Positions 41,459-52,878 are shown, counted from the first letter of the stretch. The stretch is DNA of 64,000 nucleotides from Candidatus Latescibacterota bacterium (GCA_965237525.1 CBDEFO010000007.1:320001-384000); one strand, 5' to 3'. Notes: generated from the letters alone by a model not told the origin. Numbers and translations are program-made.

Positions 41459-42589
41459 TCATAGAGAGCCTCGATCCGCAATGGACACCTTCATCTCTAC
41501 TCTCTCTAATGGATTATCTCTTCTATCTTTTTGAACCTGTACTATCTTCTCTGCCACGTCGATACCCTCTATCGCCTGACCGAAAACGGTGTATTTCCCA
41601 TCCAAGTGAGTCACAGGGGCTACGCATATAAAAAACTGGCTGCCAGCGCTGTTCGGATCAGAAGACCTCGCCATCGATAGTGTCCCCGGTAGATGCTTAC
41701 GGGAGTTGAACTCAGCGTCGATGGTGTATCCCGGGTCACCTGTCCCGTCGTCGGAGCGGTCAGCGTTCTTACTGTTGCGATCACCTCCCTGAATCATAAA
41801 CCTGGGGATCACGCGGTGAAAGGTCGTCCCGTTATAGAATCCCGTTTTGGCGAGTTTTTTGAAGTTAGCCACGTGGTTTGGGGCATCTTTGAGGAAGAAC
41901 TCAAGCACTATCTTTCCGAACTTGGTCTCGATGACAGCAACTTCGTTAGGATCATCGGGATCTTTCTTCAAGGCGTCTTCTCTATGCTTCTGTACGCTGT
42001 TGTTCAGTTGATTTTTGATATTTGAAGCTTCCTTACCAATCTGGTTCGCTTTTTCTACCACATCGCCCTCCTGGTATCTTTTCTCAAGATCAGATAAAGT
42101 TTTGTCGAGGTCGTCAAGTCTCTTTTCAGATTCGGAAGTTGCGATCCCGAAGCCGGCAGCGTCTGAAACACTTTGCCACCCGGACTTTATAGCTTTTTGG
42201 GCCTTTCTGATGGCGTCTCTTGCATCAGATTCGGCCTGCCTGTCGGCGTTGCTCTTAGCCAGATCGGCTTTCTGCCTGGCCAAGAGAGCTGACTTTTTGG
42301 CGGCCTCGTAGTCCTTTTGCTGGATCTTCGCCTCGGCTTCAGCAAGCGCATTTTGTGATTCCGCCAGGTCAGCCCGGGCGTACTTCTCGGCACCTGCGGC
42401 CCGTGCAGCTTGTATAGCCCCTTCAGCTTCGCCTATCTCCTTTTGAGGGACATTAGAACACCCCAAGGAAGTAAACAGTAGGCAGTAGGCAGTGGACAGG
42501 GCAACCCAGCCCATCCCTATCTTGGAAACAGCCCTGTCTGTGCGTGTCCGCACACAGACAGCTGTGCCAAGGGTATTAGATTTGATCAT
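41459..42589 (-). CDS. Lipoprotein with Ala-rich coiled-coil (DUF4398-like) N-terminus and cyclophilin PPIase domain
   Basis: LGC lipobox; FHRVIPRFMIQGGD, SMAR, SAGSQFFI, LDGKYTVFG. Confidence 0.88.
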   Translation of the reverse strand: MIKSNTLGTAVCVRTRTDRAVSKIGMGWVALSTAYCLLFTSLGCSNVPQKEIGEAEGAIQAARAAGAEKYARADLAESQNALAEAEAKIQQKDYEAAKKSALLARQKADLAKSNADRQAESDARDAIRKAQKAIKSGWQSVSDAAGFGIATSESEKRLDDLDKTLSDLEKRYQEGDVVEKANQIGKEASNIKNQLNNSVQKHREDALKKDPDDPNEVAVIETKFGKIVLEFFLKDAPNHVANFKKLAKTGFYNGTTFHRVIPRFMIQGGDRNSKNADRSDDGTGDPGYTIDAEFNSRKHLPGTLSMARSSDPNSAGSQFFICVAPVTHLDGKYTVFGQAIEGIDVAEKIVQVQKDRRDNPLERVEMKVSIADRGSL

Positions 42590-42659
42590 CTGTCACCCCT
42601 TTCGTTATAAATTTAGGTGCCGCATCAAGAAATAGCACTAAAATCCAGCAATGAATAGT

Positions 42660-42708
42660 GTAGGGGTAGTGTTCCCCTGCCCTTAGGGCGAGGAGACCTC
42701 GCCCCTAC
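42660..42708. repeat. GTAG-type REP doublet; related copies at 11044, 14864, 17206, 41427
   Basis: GTAGGGG...GCCC and GGGCGAGGAGACCTCGCCCCTAC palindromes. Confidence 0.65.
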
Positions 42709-42915
42709 ACGGTGTTCAATTAGTACTAGATAACTCTGAAGAGTATACTAGGCAAGGGCGCTATTTCACAATGTGGTGTCTATGGCTAAAGAAGAGAATA
42801 ACTTAACTCTATAAAGTTAGGGAAAACCTGTGTCCAAGTCAAGATGAAAGTGAATGTGCAGTCGGGAGTTTTGAATCAGATAGATTCAGATTGGATGAGA
42901 TCTTAAGTATTCTTT

Positions 42916-45300
42916 TTATGACATTCTTCCAATTTTCCCTTTCAGTCCAATCGCGCGATCGACAGCGGAGAGGAAAGCTACCAAACCGAGGTTGGCTTCA
43001 TCTGTGTCTAAATGGTCACTTTCGGATTTCTTAACCAGGTACTTGTAGATTCCCAGAGAGAGGGCAATTGAGGCTACTTCCCCTTGTTCGTCTTCTTTAA
43101 GGGACGTTTTAACTCCCTCTTTCCAATCTTCTAACGTGTCTATCAGTCCCTCGAGGACTAATACAGCTTCGAGGTACCTTTCTCTTTGATAGGCATTTAT
43201 TGAGGCTTGGATAACCTGTCTTGTCTCTGCGCGCTCTCGTGGAGCAAGAAAGGAAGATCTGCTGCCAAGTCTGGCTCCTGCGGATTTTAGAAGGTCTGTT
43301 ACGTATAGGTCTCGTCTGTAGGCATCCAATCCTACTAATCTGTAGAAGGTCTTGCCGTCTCCTGCCATCTCTGCGATTGATGAGAGCAGTTGTCTTTTGA
43401 TTATGGGTGATTTGAGCTGGGGATAGGCATCAAAGCAGAGCCATACGATGTCCGTCTCTCCAAGCTCTGCAAGGGCGTCTACTACGACGGGGAGTATCTG
43501 ATGGTTTCTCCTTTCGTCCTGCGCCAATTTCTTGAGGGCATCTATTGCTTTTCTATCTCCGATCTTTCCCAGGGACATAACAGAGTTTATGCGGACCTGA
43601 AGGTCCGGGTCATATAGGTGGTCTATAAGGGGCTTTGTCCCTTCGTGAGAGCCTATCTGTCCTATCGCCCATGCTGCCTGGGGCTGTATGTTGGCTTCGG
43701 GGTCGTCCAGCTTTTCTATCAAGGCTGTTAGAGCTTTTTTGTGTCCTATCTCTCCCAGGGATCTTGCTGTCTGACGTCTGACTTCCTGGCTGGGGTCGTT
43801 CAGTGCTCTTATCAGGTCGTCCACAGCCAGGGGACTCTTCAGCACTCCCAGGATCCTTGCGGTTCTGAACCTGTCGCTTTCAGTATCGGACCTGGAGAAC
43901 AAGTACAGGTTGTAGAATACGCTGAAGGGGTTGGATGTCCACAGGTTTCTTATGACTTCGCCTGCTCCAACTTGGCTCGACTCTTTGACGTCGGGAAAGA
44001 AGTGTCCGCTGATAAGGGTCAAGGCAGAAGATAGCAAGAATATAATCTGAAGGCTCCCAACTGGGAAGTTTCCGATGGATAACTGCACCTCGGACAAGGC
44101 TTCGGCTAGGTATCCTCCCGCTATGGGGGCGATAAAGGCAGCTATTCCTGAGAACATGGCGTAGATAGCAATGTAGATAGATCTCCTCTTTTCGGGAGTG
44201 ACCCTTAAAAGTAGGTTGAAGGAGGTTAAGGTGATAGCTGCGGTGGACATGCCGCCAAGAATGTGGACTACGGGGATAAGCTGGTAGTTATCCTTTGTGT
44301 TGAACATCCACAGGATAGGCAGGAACATGGCGATTGAGGTGCTTATCTTGAGTATGGGTTTATTGCTGAATTTATCGGAGAGGAATCCCCAAAAAGGGTA
44401 TGAAAGGATGGTGCTCAGCGTTCCAAGGGCGGTAAAGAGGGCTATCGTGGAGTAGTTTATCTTAAGCTCTTCTATCATGAAGACGGCGTAAAAAGGAGCT
44501 GCGATTCCAGTGGCGAAGGACCAAAAGGCGATAAAGAGGGAGAACTTCAGGAAATTCTTATCCTGGAAGGGTATCTTCCAAAGATAAGATATACTCAAAT
44601 TCTCTTCTCTTTTTGCAGGAGGCTCAGGCCTTTGAAGGAAGAAGATAGTATCCAGTGCGATGAAGACAAAGGCGACTCCAAAGATTATTAGAAAGCCGTT
44701 GTATCCTTCGGGGAAGCCCTCAGGTCGACCGCTGAATTTGTCCAGGACTTTTCCGGCACCCAATGCGACCAGCATGCCCACTGCTCCGCCGACGGTGTTT
44801 CGTCTGCCGAAGAACCTGCCCCTCATATTTTCGGGCACCAGGTCGGAGGTCCATACCGTCCAGGCTGGTACTGCCATTGAAAAGGCGAGACTGGAGAGGA
44901 ATATAAGGGCTACTAAGGTGGTAATCCAGAGGTCTTGCGGGATAAAAAATGGTATGAAGATGGGCAGCGTCCACAGCGTTCTGAAGGTTTCGGCAAGTGA
45001 TACTACATAGGCTTTTCTGCGGCGGAGTTTCTCGACGAAGATGGACGCAACGGGCTGGAAGAGATTGGTCAGCGCCGGAAGGGAAGCAAGGATTCCTATC
45101 TGGAAATTAGAGGCTCCAAGAGTAAGCGCCAGCCCTGTGAAGAATACTCCGTTGGTGAGGCTGAACCAGCTTGTTCCGAATATACTCTGAAAGATGATCA
45201 GCCTCATCCCTTTGAGCATCTGGACTCTTGTAAGTTCGTTGCGAAGTTCTTCGGGTACTTCAGTTGGTCCAGGCTTGTTTCTCGGAAACTTACTTCTCAT
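42916..45300 (-). CDS. MFS transporter fused to C-terminal HEAT repeats
   Basis: ~12 TM helices with DLVPENMRGRFFG; HEAT repeats (DPSQEVRRQTARSLGEIG). Confidence 0.85.
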   Translation of the reverse strand: MRSKFPRNKPGPTEVPEELRNELTRVQMLKGMRLIIFQSIFGTSWFSLTNGVFFTGLALTLGASNFQIGILASLPALTNLFQPVASIFVEKLRRRKAYVVSLAETFRTLWTLPIFIPFFIPQDLWITTLVALIFLSSLAFSMAVPAWTVWTSDLVPENMRGRFFGRRNTVGGAVGMLVALGAGKVLDKFSGRPEGFPEGYNGFLIIFGVAFVFIALDTIFFLQRPEPPAKREENLSISYLWKIPFQDKNFLKFSLFIAFWSFATGIAAPFYAVFMIEELKINYSTIALFTALGTLSTILSYPFWGFLSDKFSNKPILKISTSIAMFLPILWMFNTKDNYQLIPVVHILGGMSTAAITLTSFNLLLRVTPEKRRSIYIAIYAMFSGIAAFIAPIAGGYLAEALSEVQLSIGNFPVGSLQIIFLLSSALTLISGHFFPDVKESSQVGAGEVIRNLWTSNPFSVFYNLYLFSRSDTESDRFRTARILGVLKSPLAVDDLIRALNDPSQEVRRQTARSLGEIGHKKALTALIEKLDDPEANIQPQAAWAIGQIGSHEGTKPLIDHLYDPDLQVRINSVMSLGKIGDRKAIDALKKLAQDERRNHQILPVVVDALAELGETDIVWLCFDAYPQLKSPIIKRQLLSSIAEMAGDGKTFYRLVGLDAYRRDLYVTDLLKSAGARLGSRSSFLAPRERAETRQVIQASINAYQRERYLEAVLVLEGLIDTLEDWKEGVKTSLKEDEQGEVASIALSLGIYKYLVKKSESDHLDTDEANLGLVAFLSAVDRAIGLKGKIGRMS

Positions 45301-45751
45301 CGGTCTTATTGGAATCGTTCAAATTGTCCTCCTTCTCACCTTCTATGGTTTGGTGGGACCATGCTGTTCCCCTGCGGGGAGTATAGAGTACTTTTTCCTT
45401 CTCTTCCTTTTCCTTACAGGGGTGGCACAGGCTTGCAGTTGGAATTGCTTCTAATCTGTCTTTGCCTATGTCGCTGCCGCATACTTCGCACGTGCCATAT
45501 GTTTTGTCTTCTATCTTTTCTAACGCTAAATCGATGTCGTTGAGTTCTATCCTGTTGCTATCTCCAAGCGCCATCAGCAGTTCCAGGGAGGACGATACTG
45601 ACGCACTATCGGTGGCTGTGTCGGCCTGATCGGAGGGACGCTCATGCTGAAGCTGTCTAATATTCTCCTCCTGGAAGTCAATTCCCTTTATGATCTCCTG
45701 TTGACGTTCCAGCAGAAGTTTCTTATAGAATTGTAACTCCTTTTTCTTCAT
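45290..45751 (-). CDS. dksA: DksA/TraR family C4 zinc-finger protein
   Basis: DQADTA coiled-coil tip, ALEKIEDKTYGTCEVC, RLEAIPTASLCHPC. Confidence 0.8.
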   Translation of the reverse strand: MKKKELQFYKKLLLERQQEIIKGIDFQEENIRQLQHERPSDQADTATDSASVSSSLELLMALGDSNRIELNDIDLALEKIEDKTYGTCEVCGSDIGKDRLEAIPTASLCHPCKEKEEKEKVLYTPRRGTAWSHQTIEGEKEDNLNDSNKTDEK

Positions 45752-46007
45752 CAAAACCTCCAATAGAAAACCTGCCGAATCCTCCCCTAAAAGTTCTTTC
45801 GATACTTTTTGGAGGCCCCTTTCATCGTGGGGAGAAAAGCAAAATTACAGTCAATATGAATTGTCAGAAAATAATAACGCCTGAGCTCCAAAAAAGATCC
45901 TGATCTTTTTTCAAAAAAAGTTCTTTCAACATTCTTTGGGACTTCGATTAGAATTTCATGGATATTGCGCCCAAATAAAGGATAATGCCGATCAGTTGTC
46001 AAGTAAA

Positions 46008-46354
46008 GGTTTTCTCTCCTGTTTCGTATTATTCCCTAACTCTTTGTCTTATTTGGAGATAAAGGCTATTGACTTTCTTCTTGTTCCGTGTTACTTTATG
46101 GTATTCCCGTCTGTTCCAGTAGAAATTTAGTAGAAGTTTGGTAGAAAAGTCAAGGTCAATCGCTTCGACAACTTCAAAGAAGTAATGCCAGAGGACAAGA
46201 TGGACCGCAGGGATATTCCAGTGGATCGATGACTACAACAGAAAGCGTTTCCATTGGTCCCTGGGATGCAGAACTCCACAAGAACGGGAAAGAAGATTTT
46301 ATCTGCTCCTTCAGGGTGCTCAATAGATGTCGACTTTCTGGGGGTCACTATACA
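46008..46354 (+). repeat. Promoter plus IS3-family 3'-end remnant module, copy 1
   Basis: Aligns with 54499..54842; TTGACT-17-TACTTT (46069-97); encodes WIDDYNRKRFHWSLGCRTPQE; ends ...GGGGTCACTATACA. Confidence 0.75.
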
Positions 46355-46470
46355 TCCTCTATCATTTTCTGCTTTTATCTGGAAATGGGAATAGATTTTA
46401 TCAAGCACCTTATCTTGGGATAGTTATGTCTAGTTTAGCTATGGATGGAGCAGTTGTATAAGGAGGGACT

Positions 46471-49191
46471 ATGAGGCCCGCAACAGAGCTTGCCTGGGTA
46501 CACAGAGGCTTTGAGGAGTTTTCCAAAGGCTCATTCGACAATGGGGGAGATAACCTCTATGTGAACGCCAGGGGAACCATAGAAACGATCCACAGGTTTG
46601 ATGTCAATAACGACGGCTATGTGGACATTGTGTTCCCCAACTCGCATGGCTACATCGAGCGCGGACCCACATGGATTTACACCCAGGCAGAGGGCAGAGA
46701 CTGGCCCAGGCACGAGCTGCCTAACGACAGTGGGTGGATGAGTCGGGTCGTGGATGTCGACGGCGATGGGTACCTCGACCTGATCGTAGTGAATGCGGAG
46801 AACGGCGTTACATCGGAGCTGGACTCGTACATTTACTGGGGCGGCGCTGACGGGCTGAGCGGAGATCGCACCGAGCTTCCTACTGCAGGCGCGTACGATG
46901 TGGCCCTCTTTGACCTCACGGGTAACGGGTGCTTAGACATCATCCTGCCATCGGCATGGGTCGACCACCACAACGCGGGAAAACCCCGACTCATGCACGT
47001 GTATGAGCAGGTAGAGCCACGCAGGTTCAGAGACGCATCAGAGCGCTACGGGCTTCTCGGCGTCGCGGCCCTCTCGGTCGCCTGCGAAGACCTGAACGGA
47101 GACGGCTGGCCTGATCTTGTTGTGGCCAACTACCGCGAGGAATTCGAGTACGATATCGACTCTTTCATTTACTGGGGAACAGAAGACGGCTTTGACACTA
47201 TTTCGCCTCTCATGCTTCCCTCTCATTATGCTATGCAGGTTGTTCTGAGCGATCTGAATGGAGACGGGGCTAAGGAGGTCATCTTCACCGGAGGGAACAG
47301 GATCTATATCTACTGGAACAGGGGAGGCAGCTTTCGTCCCGACGACCTCACGGTTCTGGAAGCCGAAGGCAACACCACCATGTTCAGCCGGGGCGCAATA
47401 CGTGTGGAAGTAGCCGATGTGGATGGCGACGGCAGGAACGAGCTTGTCCTTGCCACGCTGGAAGGAGTAGAGATACGGGCACAGGACGACCTGCACAACG
47501 TGGCGGCCCTGCTGCCGATGAAGTACTGTAGCTGGGTGGAGAGCGCTGACCTCGACGGTGACGGACGGCTCGACTTGTTGACGTCCAGGTACCAGAACGG
47601 AAAGACATATGAGTCTGAATCGGCTGTTTTCTGGAACGGCCCGGAAGGATTCTCGTGCAACCGCGCCACCTGGCTTTCCACGGCGGGTGCAGTGGGCTGC
47701 ACCGCGGGAGACCTGGACGGCGATGGTAGACCAGAGATCATTTTCAACAATACACTTCGCGGCCCGTCCCAGTTCGATCCGGATTTTCCTGTATATGTCT
47801 ATCTCGGTAACGAGGGATGCGAGTACGACCCTTCTCGGAGGCTGGAGCTTCCGACAGGAGGGGAAGCCAACACCTATGCATTGGCTGATCTGGATCTGGA
47901 CGGTTATGCTGATCTAGCGTTTACGTCGCCGGAAGGCCTCCGGGTATTTCACGGCGGCCCCGACGGACTGGTGCCGGACAGGTACTCCATCTTGCCATGC
48001 CAAGCGCAGAAGATTCACTACGTGCTGGTCGGTGACTTCAACCGCGACGGCTGGCTGGACTTGCTTGCAGTCGCCTACACCTACGACGACAAGCCCGAGA
48101 CCATGGCCAACTCGTCGGTGATCTTCTACGGCGCACCTTCCGGATTTTCCCCCGAGCGTTCAACCGTACTGCCGACATATTGCGGCGGAAACGCTCAGCT
48201 CGCCGACGTCAACAAAGACGGCTGGCTCGACATCATCGTCTATAACAAACGAGGATACCTGTCGATGTACCTTGGAGGTCCTGACGGATACTCTGAAGAG
48301 AGGATCTGGAAGGTCCCCCTCAAAGGATCCGGTGCAGGCGGCGTGGCCGCCATCACCTGCGCCGACCTGAATGCCAATGGATGGCTGGACTTGATCGCGG
48401 TGGTCATGGGTCACTACACCCGCGACGACAGCGGATTCTACATCCTTTATGGGGGCCCTGATGGTTATTCCCAGGACAGAATCGAATTCCATCCCACAGA
48501 CGCTTCAAGCATCCTGGTATCCGTTGCGGATCTCAACAACGATGGGAACTTGGACCTCCTTGTCCCGGCTTATTCGACTAAGTTCTCCCGGGAGTTGCCA
48601 GCCTACATCTTCTGGGGTGATGGAAAGAGTTTCGACTTCGCGAATCCCCTGGTGATCCCCTGCGATTCCTCGTGTGCTTTCATGGCTGTTGACATAACTG
48701 GCAATGGGTACCTCGACCTGTTTACGGTCTGCCACCGCAATGATCTGGGACACCAGGTGGACTCCCTGCTCTTCTGGAACGGACCTGAGGGGATTTCATT
48801 CGACCGGGTGACCCGTTTGCCGGGTCTGGGACCCCATCTTGTATCTCCACGGGACTTCGGAAATGCCTACACCCGTGAGCCGCACGAGAATTATCTTTCC
48901 CCGGCCTACGATATGAATGGCGCCAAGCCGGTCAGGTTGAGCTGGAAGGCGGAGAAGCCTGAAAAAACGCAGCTCAGGTTCCAGCTTCGCTGGGCGGCGA
49001 GCCAAGACAAGCTTAAAAGTGTCCACTGGAAAGGACCGGCAGGGGAGGGAAGTTTCTATGAAGAGTCAGGGGAGCAGATCAATGGAGTGGATAGGGGTGC
49101 CAGATGGCTGCAGTACAAGGCGACGCTGGTTTACCTGAACGGCTGCCGTTCGCCGAAGCTGGAGGAAGTCCGCGTGGATTTCGAACGGTAA
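46471..49191 (+). CDS. FG-GAP/VCBS repeat beta-propeller protein
   Basis: More than a dozen DxNxDGxxDL repeats followed by YWG/FWN. Confidence 0.88.
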   Translation: MRPATELAWVHRGFEEFSKGSFDNGGDNLYVNARGTIETIHRFDVNNDGYVDIVFPNSHGYIERGPTWIYTQAEGRDWPRHELPNDSGWMSRVVDVDGDGYLDLIVVNAENGVTSELDSYIYWGGADGLSGDRTELPTAGAYDVALFDLTGNGCLDIILPSAWVDHHNAGKPRLMHVYEQVEPRRFRDASERYGLLGVAALSVACEDLNGDGWPDLVVANYREEFEYDIDSFIYWGTEDGFDTISPLMLPSHYAMQVVLSDLNGDGAKEVIFTGGNRIYIYWNRGGSFRPDDLTVLEAEGNTTMFSRGAIRVEVADVDGDGRNELVLATLEGVEIRAQDDLHNVAALLPMKYCSWVESADLDGDGRLDLLTSRYQNGKTYESESAVFWNGPEGFSCNRATWLSTAGAVGCTAGDLDGDGRPEIIFNNTLRGPSQFDPDFPVYVYLGNEGCEYDPSRRLELPTGGEANTYALADLDLDGYADLAFTSPEGLRVFHGGPDGLVPDRYSILPCQAQKIHYVLVGDFNRDGWLDLLAVAYTYDDKPETMANSSVIFYGAPSGFSPERSTVLPTYCGGNAQLADVNKDGWLDIIVYNKRGYLSMYLGGPDGYSEERIWKVPLKGSGAGGVAAITCADLNANGWLDLIAVVMGHYTRDDSGFYILYGGPDGYSQDRIEFHPTDASSILVSVADLNNDGNLDLLVPAYSTKFSRELPAYIFWGDGKSFDFANPLVIPCDSSCAFMAVDITGNGYLDLFTVCHRNDLGHQVDSLLFWNGPEGISFDRVTRLPGLGPHLVSPRDFGNAYTREPHENYLSPAYDMNGAKPVRLSWKAEKPEKTQLRFQLRWAASQDKLKSVHWKGPAGEGSFYEESGEQINGVDRGARWLQYKATLVYLNGCRSPKLEEVRVDFER

Positions 49192-49515
49192 GAGGCTGGA
49201 CGTGTAGCTCCATCGACGAGCTATGAATTGGCTTGTACAGAAGAAAGTATACAGTCTGTATATAATTCCTACAAAACTTATGATAATTATGACTTAACAG
49301 AATGATATTTTTAATATTACAGGTTTTTTCTTAATATTTCAGTGGTGTCTTATATAGCTCAAATAGCTGTATATTAGGTTCTTAGCATAGAAAACTGTAT
49401 ATGCCTTAGGTATGCTCCCTTGAGATAGGGCCATTGCAAGGGAGCAGGCTGATATTTTTTAAAGTGTTTGGATTCCTCTAACCAGATGCATCGAAAGTAA
49501 GAAAGGAGGTGTGTC

Positions 49516-50637
49516 ATGTTTAGCTTTATACAGCTATTTGTCAGCAGGACTATCCCTTTCTTGCTACTTGTGCTAGTGCCAGCGATTTGTTTGGCACGGA
49601 TGGCCCAGGGCGAGGCCAATCAGACCGTGCAAGCTGATCCACCATTCTCGGGCACTATCTTCATCGACCCGGACATCATCACCTCGTCAGACCCGACCAC
49701 GTTTCAGAGGGTCTCGTACTCCGGGCAGGGTTCTCGAAGGATGTTTGACCGACGAGTCAATAACTGGATCACTGTGAATGCATACGTGTTCAACGCAAGC
49801 TTTGACGACGGACTGACCGCCGAGATTCAGGTCAATCCGGAATTCGGCAGCTCTTCTGCTGCTTTGGGGGAGGCGCAGAAGTACGGGTGGGTAATCGGTC
49901 AACTGCCGACCACGCTTCGAGCCGACACGCAGACTGTCTGGATTCACAAAGGCACTCAGCCATTTGGAGGCGGGAACAATAATCTGCTCATCCATACCGG
50001 CCAGGCCGACCTCTACGAGGATGACGGTATTCTTGAGGAGACATTGTTTCACGAGGCGGCGCACACGTCGCTCGACGCAGATCACGCCGCCGCATCCGGT
50101 TGGCTAGCCGCCCAGACTGACGATGGCGAGTTCATCTCCACGTATGCGAGCGATTTTCCAGACCGAGAAGATATTGCAGAGAGCTTCCTAGTCTATTTGG
50201 CGGTGCGTTATCGGTCAGATCGGATATCCCAGTCACTTGAAGAGAGGATATTGCAGACAATCCCAAACCGGATTTCCTACTTTGACAATCAATCATTCGA
50301 TATGTATCCGATCGATTCGGCAAGTGTAGTCATAGAGGGAGTTGGTTATGAAGTGCCGAAGGAATTCGCCCTATCCCAGAATTATCCCAATCCATTCAAC
50401 CCCCAGACAGTGATCCATTACGATCTTCTTGTCCAAAGTCATGTTAATATATCTCTCTTTAATATTATGGGACAGAAGGTTACGACATTGGTGGACGGTT
50501 ATAGATCAGCTGGCAGTTACTGTGTAGTATGGAATGGAAAAGATAACAATCAAAAGAACCTTGCCAGCGGAGTGTATCTGTATCGGATGGAGGCGGATGG
50601 ATTTGTGCAGACGAGGAAGCTGTTAATAGCGAAATAG
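49516..50637 (+). CDS. Secreted zincin-like protein with C-terminal FlgD-Ig / T9SS-type sorting domain
   Basis: Signal peptide, HEAAH and EDIAESF, LSQNYPNPFNPQT...WNGKD...ASGVYLYR. Confidence 0.8.
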   Translation: MFSFIQLFVSRTIPFLLLVLVPAICLARMAQGEANQTVQADPPFSGTIFIDPDIITSSDPTTFQRVSYSGQGSRRMFDRRVNNWITVNAYVFNASFDDGLTAEIQVNPEFGSSSAALGEAQKYGWVIGQLPTTLRADTQTVWIHKGTQPFGGGNNNLLIHTGQADLYEDDGILEETLFHEAAHTSLDADHAAASGWLAAQTDDGEFISTYASDFPDREDIAESFLVYLAVRYRSDRISQSLEERILQTIPNRISYFDNQSFDMYPIDSASVVIEGVGYEVPKEFALSQNYPNPFNPQTVIHYDLLVQSHVNISLFNIMGQKVTTLVDGYRSAGSYCVVWNGKDNNQKNLASGVYLYRMEADGFVQTRKLLIAK

Positions 50638-51156
50638 AGTCTGTCGGCAGAATCGTCATCTAATAACCCAGAAATCGCTTCATATATGCCAGTGGGGGAA
50701 TATATCATCAGTGTCAAAAGAATAGATTCTACAGTGATATCCCCCCTGTGCAGGCGTTATCGGATTATTTCTGGGAAGAGTCTGTAGTGGTCCAGATGTT
50801 CTTTAACTTATAGCCAAGTTCTTGTGGGATCCCTTTAAAAGGAAGGAAAAGCGTGGTAGCAGCTTGGGAGTGGAGGAGCTTTTTATACAGAGCCCGAGAG
50901 TTTGACATCAACACCGTAAGATACACCGATCCTCGAGGAGGAGCTATCAACTTTTGGGTGGGTCCGGATCAGGACCTACGCGTTTGATTAAAATTAAAAT
51001 GTTGGGATGTCAGGAGTAGTCTTTCACCGAAAGGGATGTATATCTGAAGTTCGGATATCACACCTAAATAGAAAGATATGAGAAATACTTCGTATATAAG
51101 CAAGTTACCTGCCATTGTGACCTGACCCCACCCAGAAGATAGCGAAAAATCACCTC

Positions 51157-51429
51157 ATGAACGATTCATTAGTGCAGGATTTTGCGATAATGAAAGCGAC
51201 AGGTGAGATCTTGTGGGCGCCCATCATCCCGTGCTTCATATCGTCCAGGTGGAAACTAGCGTTTGGCCTGTTGCCGACTTTCTGGTCTGCCGGGCATATG
51301 TCTGATGCTGATCTGCGTTCTGCACTTTGTCTAATCATTGGGCTGATTTACCAGGTTCTTTTGCTGGTTTTGCTGCTAAAGCGATTCAACCGAGTCGAGC
51401 GACATCAATCCAACGCATCCTACCAATGA
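51157..51429 (+). CDS. Small hypothetical membrane protein or fragment
   Basis: Hydrophobic 90-aa ORF overlapping the next start (ATGA). Confidence 0.35.
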   Translation: MNDSLVQDFAIMKATGEILWAPIIPCFISSRWKLAFGLLPTFWSAGHMSDADLRSALCLIIGLIYQVLLLVLLLKRFNRVERHQSNASYQ

Positions 51430-52083
51430 CGATCAACGCATACTGTACCAGGAATCGGTTTGTGTTTCTGCTAATTGCGCTGGCAATTGTGCTTCTCGGT
51501 TATCCGTACCTGGCAGACACTCGAGTTGGAGCGTTTTTGGGTGGGATGATCTCGCTCGTTTTGATGATCGCGAGTGGGTACGCCGTTTGGGTTCGGAAGC
51601 GGGTGTTCTTCTTTGCGTGCGGGTTGATGTTAATTACGACTACTACTGAGTATTATGTCGCTCGTGGCAGGCAGCCGGGGGAATCCGCTGGTTGAGGGGG
51701 CATTCTCCGTTTTCTACGCGTATATGACAGTCGTTATTTTTCTGGAAGTTCTTGGGACAGATCAGGTTCGCCGGGATACCATCTATGGCGCAGTATGTGT
51801 CTACCTGCTCATTGGGTTAACGTTTGGGTCGCTGTATGACTTGATCGAGACCCTGTATCCTGGCTCCTTCAGGGCTAACGTAATTGCAGATCCAGCGCAA
51901 CATCTGGGGTGGCGAAAGCTGATCTTTTACAGCTTCATGACCCTTACGACAGTTGGGTACGGGGATATTACACCGGTTACTTCTCCAGCACAATCGCTGG
52001 CTATTGCCGAGGGTACCCTGGGCGTGCTCTATGTGGCTGTTTTGATTGCGCGCATAGTTGGAATTTACATCAGCTCAAAATGA
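51426..52083 (+). CDS. Two-TM potassium/ion channel family protein; +1 frameshift near 51647
   Basis: TIYGAVCVYLLIG, YSFMTLTTVGYGDITP; N-terminal half in ORF 51327..51695. Confidence 0.8.
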
Positions 52084-52133
52084 GAACTAGTAGGATGTCG
52101 GCTTGAATCTTTACAATTTCTAAGGAGAGTCTT

Positions 52134-52300
52134 ATGGCTACCAAGAAAATCAGATATACCGGGTTGGGTCATATGGGTGGAGGAATGACTGAACATCTGT
52201 TGAAGAACGGCTTCACAGTAACAGTATAAGACGTAAACCCCAACGCTATAGCTTCTCTCCAAAGACCAGGGTCCTTGACGGCAGGCTCATCGAAAGCGAA
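52134..52300 (+). pseudogene. N-terminal remnant of a 3-hydroxyisobutyrate/6PGD-family dehydrogenase
   Basis: MATKKIRYTGLGHMGGGMTEHLLKNGFTVTV*DVNP with in-frame stop; RBS AAGGAG. Confidence 0.7.
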
Positions 52301-52758
52301 TCCCCCTGTGTAGAAGAGATCTTACAGATATGCAGGCAGCGAAATAGAATTGGGGGAAATCAAGATGATCTAAACGAGTTGTATTGCAAAGACGATATGT
52401 TCTTCAGCCTAGCAAAACACATCGTGTTTACATCTGAGAAATCACCGGACTGGTGACTCAGGAGATTCTGCGAAGGTGTGGATAGTGCACCTTCCGACGG
52501 ACGGACACAGGGTCGCTGTCAAAATCGCACGGGTGCCAGCAGTTAGCGATAACCTTACGATCCACCGCACAAATTCATTGACACCCTCTGTCCAATTTTG
52601 TATCTTCCCTCCTCGTTAGCCTACTCCTTACGTAGCTACCAATCCGTCAGATTCCCCATAGAATTACTTAGCAAGAAAATAACGCAGTGTTGTGTTGACT
52701 GTGATAGAAATTGTCATTAGTATTAAAGGTAACGCTACAGCATTAAGTTCCTTTATAA

Positions 52759-52878
52759 CTGGCAGATGGTTATGATATTCGCACAATTGAGGAATTACTC
52801 GGCCATAAGGCTGTCAAAACGACAATGATTTATACTCACGTTCTAAACCGTGGTAGAAACGGAGTGGTCGAGGGCTAA
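52759..52878 (+). pseudogene. intI: Integron integrase C-terminal remnant
   Basis: [36 protein letters not shown] matches the IntI box II C-terminus. Confidence 0.8.
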
